Part shown: in pieces, positions 54,813-64,000 of the stretch
Numbering within the stretch: the first letter of the stretch is position 1
Layout: the number at the start of each line of letters is the position of its first letter
Origin: Camelus dromedarius
Lineage: Eukaryota
DNA length: 64,000 nt
NCBI RefSeq assembly: GCF_036321535.1
Contig: NC_087472.1
Span: 98,582,001 to 98,646,000 of the forward strand
Direction: 5' to 3'
Translations under genes and position numbers: made by a program
The notes under the pieces: generated by a model
Told to the model about the DNA's origin: nothing
The model's input: the letters and a program-made list of their open reading frames with translations, nothing else
Database searches by the model: none

Positions 54813-57800
54813 ATAGGCATATATACATAACCTAATCTCAGCTTCACAAATTCTATATATTTTTAGTTTTATACTTGTCAGAAAAAAGTCATCAAGCTAT
54901 CTGGATACTATGCCTAGTAATTCCATATCTAACTTCTGATTCATTATATTAGAATAATAAAGAAAAGCTTAAAAGAATAATGGTTTTGCTTCTTTATCAT
55001 CAATAAACAGCTGAAGAAAACCTAAAGGAGTTAAGTATAATTATATTGAAGTAAATATATTGTTTAAATATAAAATAAAAAAAGAGTCACCTTCCATATT
55101 GCCTTCAACAAGTATGCTAAGTAATATAATTCATACTGTTTAAAAATTACATATAAAGTTTGTCCTGGTTTTTGGTCTGATATGCCCCAGTTTCAATCCC
55201 AAGAGCCCCAGTCCAATTTTCAGGTCACCTAGAATGTCTGATTCAGGAAGGCTTAAACACTAACCCTGAGAATACAGCAAAAATAATATTTAAAGTTGTG
55301 TTTAAGATAAATAATAGACTATCCTGGCTGAGCTTTCATATGTTTTAATACTTACTACATGAACCATAGAATATATAGCCTGCCTACCCCAGTGTAATTT
55401 ATATTTCCAATTTAGAACTCTACATATATTTCACTACTACTTGAATCTTAATATCCCTTTTCAACACATATTCTGTATGACTGACTGTAATACACTGGCC
55501 TTTTGCATGTTTTGAGTTTTCCATTTTCAACTCTAGGTTACTTGAATATGTGGATAGGGATGGCGAATTCACAGGTGATCAAAAATAATTTTTGTATCAC
55601 ATTTGAACATGGATGTTTCAAAATATCCAGAATATAAAGCACAGCTACCAATTTGCATTAAACTCTAAAAAAAATCCTAAATTAAACCAAAATCCTTTTT
55701 TAAAAAAATTCCTTATTCTAGAAATAGGTCTTTCTTCATTGCCAGTCAATATCAAAAGTAAGCAGAGAACCACTCCTTTAAATTTAGTGTAGAACAACAC
55801 ATTGAGTTTAGAGTTATCAAAGGCTCTATTGCTATACAAGGTAACTGAAATTATCATTTATTAAGCTGCTATTAAATGTCAGATCATGAGCTAGATCAAT
55901 TTCCAATATCTACAGCAATTCATCTATAATAATCCAACAAGATGGTGATCTACTTTACAGATAACGACAGAGTATCAGAGATATGAAGGAATTTGTCCAA
56001 GTTTATACAATCTTGTCAAAAAGCAGAGCCAGAATGAACTCAGATCTACTTTATGTCAAAGCCCAATATACTATTTTGCCATAAAATCTAAGAGTAAATG
56101 ATATAAAATGTCAACTAGGAAGGTAAAGGAGGTACTGTTCATATAGATAAAATGAAATAGATTAAAATATATCAACTATTGTCAATAAAGTAAAATATAA
56201 TAGTTATTGCCAGATTTCCTTGCATAAGTCCTTAATAAAACAGTACAATCACTTCTAGATCATTTATTTTTACAAAATTCTGCAATTTTTTCTTTTAATT
56301 TTTTAGTATTTATAGATACATGTCCTAACAATTTAAACCACAAATACCAATTCAGTAAGTCCTATAAAGTTCTTATTTTCTCTTGCATATTTATTTTGAG
56401 TAAATAACAACTCGATTAATATAAATTACATTAAATTCAATCAGAAATATTTCTAAAAAAGGGCTAGACACTCAATATGTTCACTTATATTTTTATTTTA
56501 AAATGCATACTTAGAAAAAAAGCTCATAAATTGTTTACTTTTACTGATTTGTCTTTAATGTAAAGGTAACAAAAATGATTAGAAAGCTCACACGCACAAT
56601 CTAGAGGAAGTTGCCAATCAAAAAGAAACTTTTTCAATATTGACCTTTGAAGACTTTTTTTCCATTTTCTTGAATAAAGATTTAAAATGAAACAAAATAA
56701 ATCTGACACGTAAATATGGAATAAAATCAATCAAATGAACTGTCAGAAAGTCAGAATAATAAATTAATTAAGGATATTTATTACAGGAAAGACTAAAGCA
56801 GTGGCAGTCATTTCTGTGCTCAGGTTGGGATGACAGTAACTATTTTTCTTTACAGTTTTCTGTATTTTTCAAATTAATGAGTATTATTATTTTAAAGGAC
56901 AAAAGGCCCAATTTGAACTATGTGGTAAAATTTTAAAAAACACTATGGCACAATACTAAATGAAAGACTATATTCAAAAACAAATATATGTACATAAAAA
57001 CAGGTGAAATGGCAAATAAAACATGCAAAATGATAACAAGGGTTTTCTTTGGGTGGAAGGAGTAAATGACTTTTTAAATTTTTTCATTACAAGTGATATT
57101 TTTTATTCTTTTCATTACTCCAATTTTTTCTATAAAGCAGATTATATTACTTTCATATTAAAAAAAAAGAAAATAATTCGAGTATAGAATGTGCTACATA
57201 CACATCTTTATACTAATGGCATACAACATCAATGGAAGAATTTCAAGTTAAGACCATAAAAGCTCTCCTTCAACATCTAAATGAACATTTAGTTCTTTGT
57301 GAAGATTCTCTCAGTTAAGATTTTTTGAATGTAAATGCTATTTCTTCAAATTTCAGAGGTGGGGAGGGAAGTGTTGACTATGCAATAGGTAATAATTACA
57401 TACTTAAAACAGACTGATGTTTTTAGAAAGGTCTCTAGAATTTCTCTTTTCTTTGCATTTTTCCTTCTCAAAAGTTATTTTATAACAATCTTAGGTGAAA
57501 GACTGTTGATCTTTTCTTTCTAACTTTGAGCTGGGAATGGTAAGGGTAAGAAGTATGTTTCAAACACTATTCAGAAAATCAGTGATATCCAAGGACAGGG
57601 AAAAATTAATCTTAAAAGGATGAAAAGTGAGCAAGCCCACAAAAAAATACAAAGACATTCTAATACATACAATTTAGAGGGGACCATTCCAGGTAGAAGT
57701 ATAATGCCAGAACTTGAATTTTAAAGGGAAATTTCCACTCTGTATTTAACATTTCAAAATCTGGTTTAAAATGTTTCACATGTTGAAAATTTTCTCTCAG

Positions 57801-59924
57801 CATGTAAATCACTTTCTACGCAGCTAAAGAAAACTAATACCAAATGGAGAAAAAAAAACTATGTACATTTATTATTTAAAACAAAGTTGTTATTCTAATT
57901 CCTTGTATCAAATTGTTTTATTTCTCATTCATTTTATAATATTACTCTTCTTTAGTTTTTCACTTCACATTTGTGAATCATATTTAATACATCTAATTTG
58001 TCCTCACAGTAATAGAATTATTTCTGTTTATATATGGCACAACAATTACACAGTTTGTCCAAGGTGAAATGCCCATGAAATTACAGGGCTAAGCCTCAAG
58101 TCTCCCTATACTCATTGTCCCTATCCTCTGTCCCTTGCTTCACTGTTCCACCAAAGTTTCACCTTGTAAACCAATACTTTGGGCCCATTCCTTAAATAGT
58201 GACAATCTAATTAATCATTCTGGGGGTTTGAAGTGGAAAAATTTTAAACGGTACAGTAGAATAATTTTAGGTTAAGGTGATACCCATTAGGGCAGGTATC
58301 ATGGCAATTATTTCAATGCTGACAAGAAATGCATGGGTACCTGTCTCATTTTTCTGATTTAGGTGCAGACTAAATGAAGCTTCAGTTTTTTGTGAGAATT
58401 CTTTCCACTTAAGATTTTAAAACCAAGTTTACCTTTTTTCTCAAATGTGTTATTGTAGCCAATCTTATGTGGGGAAGAGGTGTTGAGGGGGGAGGAATCT
58501 CTTTAAAAGACTTCAACTGTAACTGTCTAAATCTGTCATAATTGGAAATAAGTAAAACAGACACAGTAGATTAAATAAATTCTTCCAAATAGAGCTTGTT
58601 AAAAGAAATTTATCTTTCTCCTCTAATGCTACCATTACTTTAAATATAAGCAGCCAGTATCAAGAAGCACTTTCCACTTAGTTCACAGGACCACCCCTTT
58701 GTGTTAAGAAGAGGAAAAAAAGCTATTTGTGACAGTTTATTTTTAGATATTGATCATCTCATCTTGCTGCAAAGGGAATAAAAATAATTAAAGTTGAGTG
58801 AAAAATAATTTGAAGTATGGCATATTTCAAAGCATAACTATCATCATAACTGTTCAGATGAGATTTCCTGAAAGCCTGGTAATAAATGCATGCCCTAGAT
58901 ATTTCTTTTTTAATCTACACTTTGCTTATTCAAATTGGCCTCTTTTACTGGCAGCTAAAGTTTAATTCTGTCTTTAGATACTGCATAAAATTCCAAGTGA
59001 GTGCAATGATCAGTGTGTATTTAATGGCTGAATGAGACCATTAGATGGACACTGACTGCTTGTAAACTACATAATTTATTTTAAAATATAGTAAGCATTC
59101 ATCTATGCTATGATCTTTTTTATCAAACTTAAAGTACTGTTTCTTCAATGTACATAGCATTAATTTTCTGTTTTTCTGATAACTCAAACTCATTTTAGAA
59201 AATCTGGAAAATACAGAAAAGTAGAGTCTAAATAAACTAAAATCGCTCATATTTTCATCATCAAGAAGCAAACACTTAACTATTTTATTTCATTATTTTA
59301 TCCTCATTCCTACTGTGAAGACAGATAGCAACAAACCACAGAGCCCAGAAACACTTGGTATCAAAGATATGACATCACATAACAGGAGAAAAATAATAGA
59401 TTATTTAAGAGATGATTTACAAACATTAATATCATGCATATAATTAAGTTTCCTCTAAAAGATATGTTTTGTTACCATATATTTTTGCATAGTGTTTCTA
59501 AAGTTTTGTTCACTTTCATTCTAGCATTGGAAAATGGTTATAAGGATCAATACTCTTATTTTAATTAATGAATAAGCGGAGATGTAAAGTGATGGGTATC
59601 TCTCGATATCTCTGGGGTTCTTTACATGAATAACAGAAAAAGAATTACAGATTTTACACAAGAGACAAAATTAAAATGAATAACAATTCAAGCATTAATT
59701 CCAGATTTTTCCAGAAGAGAATAAACAAGCATGTGCTAACCACATGGGATAAACGGGGCTCAAGTCAAGTCAATTTATTTTAACAAGTCAGTAATGAGCA
59801 TGACACTGTTTTTGTCTTCAAGGAGTTAACAATCTAATGGAAGTCACAGCAGAATATAACTGTCATAGACAAGATGTAAAATGCATGTAAAGTAAGTTTA
59901 AGGGATTTCTACCTTTGCCCACGC

Positions 59925-60105
59925 AACAAAGAATTATAGCTGATAAGTCAACAAAGGGCACAAAATGGAATCATAAAAAATAATTAATAGAAAAGTACAG
60001 AGAAAAACAAACAAAGAACAGATTGGACATATAGATAACAAATAGCAAGGTAGTATATTTAATTTAACTTCAAGTATATCAATAATTACATTAAATAAAT
60101 AGTCA
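59925..60105 (+). mobile_element. Old L1M inter-ORF / ORF2-start fragment
   Basis: aaatggaatcataaaaaata...aacaaatagcaag...tatatcaataattacattaaat (ISIITLN-like ORF2 N-terminus). Confidence 0.6.
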
Positions 60106-62265
60106 AAGTAGGGGGAAGGTATAAACAATTATGAGAAATAGTAAAAGTTTCATGAGTGAGGTGACATTTCCTAGAGGCCTTAAGGGATGGAACATAATTT
60201 TAACAGGCAGAGATAAAAAGATATATGGGGCATGTGCTGAGGAGGCCTCACAACATAAAAAGATGAAATTGCAAGATCTATTTTACCAACACCAACTCAT
60301 CCACATGAACTAGAGTACAATTAAGATGCACAGGAGTAATGGAAGATAGAACTGAAATTATGTTAGGACCATACTTGGGAGTCCTTTGAATTCCAAAGAG
60401 AGGAGTTTGTAATTAATTTGGAAATTAGAGGAAAACTGCTGTGACAAAACTGGAGCTGGACTTTAGGATGACTAGTCTGAAAATAATCAATTCTGTACTT
60501 ACAAGCAGATTAAATTAAGATGTCATGAAGATGTATTTTATTAAGAGAAATTTACATCTAATATTTCCTTTAAGGTACAACAGAAAAGACATGGTTAAAG
60601 TAGATGAATTAAGATATCAAGTCAGGTACACGCTAGGATGGGGTAGGCAAGGCAAGAACCGAGAACACCCAAGTACAGAAGTTTCTGTTAGGAAGCATCT
60701 CAAAAGTGACACATGGAACAGGACATGTGATGGGAAAACGTGAGATAGAAGGAACTATGACAAATGTTATGAGCCACACTGAATGTTAAAAAGCAGAAAT
60801 GGGTAATGTTAGAACAAAATGTCCTAGGAAGGGCACGGCACCCCTCTTCAAAACTGAGTGCTCAGCAGGTGGAGGGTACAGAAGGTCCTTCTACATCCTC
60901 AGTATATTTGGGGTATTACAATTATTTGGAGTAATTTCAGTAATTCTGTGTTTGGTCAAGATGGAATGTACTTAGAGTTCAATCTGTAAAAGCAACTCTC
61001 TCTCTATTCTACCTAGCATTTCCTGATCTGTAAATAGCAAAACTTAAACCCATTATGCCTTGAAGTAAGATTCCTAAAGAGAATGTTGAGCCAAATAGTG
61101 CAGCTATTAAAGTCCTGTCGTGAGCATGAACAAGCCTCTCAGGGCAAGATCAGAATGGTATATGTTTTCTATGAAGTACTTGTCTATATCAGGTGTTCAT
61201 ATATTCTGGAAACAAAAACAGCATCACTTGTTTCTGAGATGGCAGGTTCTTAAAATAGCAGAATGGGTAGGTTAATCACAACTTACATAAACTGCACTTC
61301 CATCCCTGCACATGCCCTACAGGAAATTTTAGTTCACTGAAAATCATTTCAGCCATTCTTAATGTAACATCTGAAGGTTAGCGTGACAAAGGTATGCTTT
61401 AGAACCTGTGAGTTCTAAACATAGACAATTCTCCATTTCTGACTTCACTCTATAGGTAAAAGTTAAAAGAAAGGTAACTTTAAAAAAAAAAGATCACTTT
61501 GTTTATCTGCTTTTGATATGGGAAAACATTAGATATGTATGAATTAAATGAAAATGAATACACCTGATTCTTCTTCAAGATTTTTCAGGATAACTTATAG
61601 TCGCCATTTAGAATTGCAGTGTTGGTTTATAAGCCAACAAAGAGTGGACCAATTACTCAAAAGTTAACTTTAAGCTAGCCATTCAGATCCAGATGTTTAA
61701 AGGTGATACAAGAAATTAAAAACACCCACTTTCTGTCATAATTATGCTTGGAAATGAAGTTATTTTGGAAGGTGACATCAGATGGACTGCATTCTCATAG
61801 AACTGACAGTAAGCATGAGTTTCTCATGTATAAAAAGCTGAAAAATAAACTCTTAATTCTCCCATTTAATTCCATGGTATTTCAATTGTCTTGGGTCTCA
61901 TGTATAAATGAAAAGCTTAAGTAATAATACAATACAGTCATCACAGATCTTATCATGTAGCCAGTAATAACTACTGTATTATTATAACTGCATATAGATT
62001 GTTACTGTATCCAATACACTATGAATGATTATCATCCAAATACTGTGCTATAGGGACCCTTAAAGCAGAGAGAATTTCTTTTCCTCTTAGTAGAAGGGAA
62101 GAAACTAATAGTCTGCTGTCCACATCTCAAATCTTTGGTCAAGTTTAATGGCTTTAAAAATTGCTTTAAAAATATACTTTTGAAGAAATATCATTGATAA
62201 TACAGAACTATAAGGAAAATTACCCATGGACTATATTATTGTTCTTTTATCCCTGTGCCCTAGAT

Positions 62266-62426
62266 CAATGTATGAGAACCAGAATCACCTGGAAAACTAG
62301 TAAACATGCAGATTCCTGGGCCTTCCCCAGAGTACATTTGGGGTTTATTCCAAGAATCTGTATTTCTAACAGGTTTCCATGTGATGATAACGCTGATGGT
62401 CCATGAACCACACTGGACTAGCACTG
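62266..62426. mobile_element. MER5A-like hAT-Charlie element
   Basis: cagaatcacctgg...atgcagattcctgggcc...gaatctgtatttctaacagg...gaaccacactggactagcactg. Confidence 0.8.
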
Positions 62427-62434
62427 CTCTAGAA

Positions 62435-62660
62435 CATGTCAGCAAACTATGGCCCAGGTCCAAATTCATCCTGCTGCCTATTTTTGTAAAACAAGTTTTA
62501 TTGGCACAGAGCCATGCCCATTCATTTCATTTACACACTGTCTGAGGCTGCTTTTGCAATATAACAGCAGAGTTGAGTAGCTGGATCAAACACCATATAG
62601 CCTGTTCCATAAAGCCTCCTTACTGTTTGCTCTTTCACAGAAAACGTTTGCTGATCCTTG
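62435..62660 (+). mobile_element. MER58A-like hAT-Charlie element
   Basis: gtcagcaaactatggccc...gttttattggcacagagccatgccca...cagcagagttgagtagc...gtttgctgatccttg, with terminal inverted similarity. Confidence 0.85.
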
Positions 62661-63948
62661 CCCTAAAATGCCACTCTTTTTCCTATTATCTAGTTGAGAT
62701 CTTTGAAATTCAGAAATAAAATTTACTGATATCAATTACGAAGACATGTAGTGAGACTGTTAAGAGTATTTCAAAGCTCATAAAATGTTCACCATCTTTA
62801 TCTACGTCTGTGACTAACAGCAATAAGTTGCTGACTTTCTTACTGCCTGATGAATCCTGATGAATGTCTGATGTATTCCACAATTACAAGTCACAAAGTT
62901 ACTCTCATTTCTATAAGGAAAAAATTCTTAAAATCTACAGTTTCAGAGAAATGGTGCAAATAAAAATCTATACAGTACAACTAAAAATATACTGAAGCAT
63001 TTAAATCTGTATTAATAAAACTCCTTATTTGAGAAAATGCAGGCAATATAAGAAACTCTTAATTATCCCTGGTAATAAAGGGCAGGAGTAGAAGAATAAA
63101 TTAAATCATCAATTTCCCCAATAATCTTTCGTATCATTATATTTTATCCTCAGCTTTCCCTGTTTCTGTATCACTGGACAGGTTAACAAATAATGGCATC
63201 CTGAAAAAGTAGCAACAATAGCAATAGGTTGACATGAGTCTCACACAGAGTGGTGGCCATAGGCCTCAGACCTCTGGGATATGATTTACTATAAGATTTA
63301 AACAAACGTATGCAGGATATATATTATTCAATTAACTACTCTACCATTTCTCCGTACCTTATGCCAGGCTTGATTCAAACATTTATATTAGCTGCTGTAG
63401 CCCTGGAGGCATTTGATTTGGTAGTCCCAGGCTTAAATAATACTCGAAGTAAAAAAAAAAACACATCAGGTCATGTAAGTAGATCACTTACATGATTAAA
63501 GTGATAATTAAAGCTATTATGTATATTTGTCTGTATGTACACCTATATAAATGAAACTATAGTTGTATTAATAAGAAACTAATAGTGTCTTACAACCAAA
63601 GTCTCAGATTATTATCCAAATGGGGCAATTTAATTTTGTGAAAGGCAATGTAGTTTAGTCATCCCCACTAAAAGTGTGAGACTAACAGACTTACTTATTA
63701 TAATGATGTCTCTAGAGGCTCAGGTTACTTTTACATCTATCTGCTTAATAAAACCCTTCTTTACTGGGCTATATGAATACTTTTCCAGTGAATAATTTCA
63801 TATTTGGTTTCTTTAGAACCATCTGTCTTTGAATGAGAAAAATCCCCAAAACAGTATCTTATAAACTCTTGGTAAATGAGAGTACTTCTCATTGTTAGAA
63901 TATGAAATAGCTAATAAATTAACAGAAAGAAAGTTTGTCAGCTAATAC

Positions 63949-64000
63949 CTGTTGCACGATTGTTGTTAATTCCAAGCAGAGCTGTATGACATTATTCCTT
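63949..64000 (-). CDS. CNKSR2: CNKSR2 coding exon (probably exon 4), partial at the window edge; RNNVIQLCLELTTIVQQ (CRIC domain)
   Basis: Minus strand reads A AGG AAT AAT GTC ATA CAG CTC TGC TTG GAA TTA ACA ACA ATC GTG CAA CAG|gtatta. Matches the recalled CNKSR2 protein and joins in frame to the 38466-38507 exon. Confidence 0.95.

Noticed and set aside
61822..61908. 13-bp direct repeat TCTCATGTATAAA about 74 bp apart
   Set aside because: The intervening sequence has no tail or recognisable element, so it is not supportable as a TSD.

Overview
Mammalian, AT-rich, CpG-poor intronic DNA. It carries six coding exons of CNKSR2 (connector enhancer of KSR 2) on the minus strand: the 3' part of the exon encoding ...RNNVIQLCLELTTIVQQ at the right edge, then exons of 42, 120, 60, 69 and 147 bp. 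Together they encode the end of the CRIC domain and the PDZ domain. Every junction is GT-AG and phase 0. Exon numbers 4-9 are recalled from the human gene. The rest is intron filled with old eutherian repeats (MIR, L2, L1M, MER5/MER3/MER45/MER58 hAT elements, MLT LTRs) and younger insertions: two tRNA-derived SINEs resembling the camelid Vic-1 type (suggesting a camel or alpaca genome) and three young L1 pieces. The most unusual object is a 2.1-kb TSD-bounded L1 derivative (38713-40819). It has 5' monomer repeats and an ORF1 with no nonsense substitutions, joined almost directly to a stop-riddled last ~120 codons of ORF2, i.e. a 'half-L1'-like non-autonomous element. It lies sense to the gene about 200 bp upstream of a 42-bp exon. 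Three candidate frame-disrupting (poison) cassette exons were also seen. No prokaryote-type system is present. Repeat family names come from recalled consensus motifs, not a search, and old-repeat boundaries are approximate.
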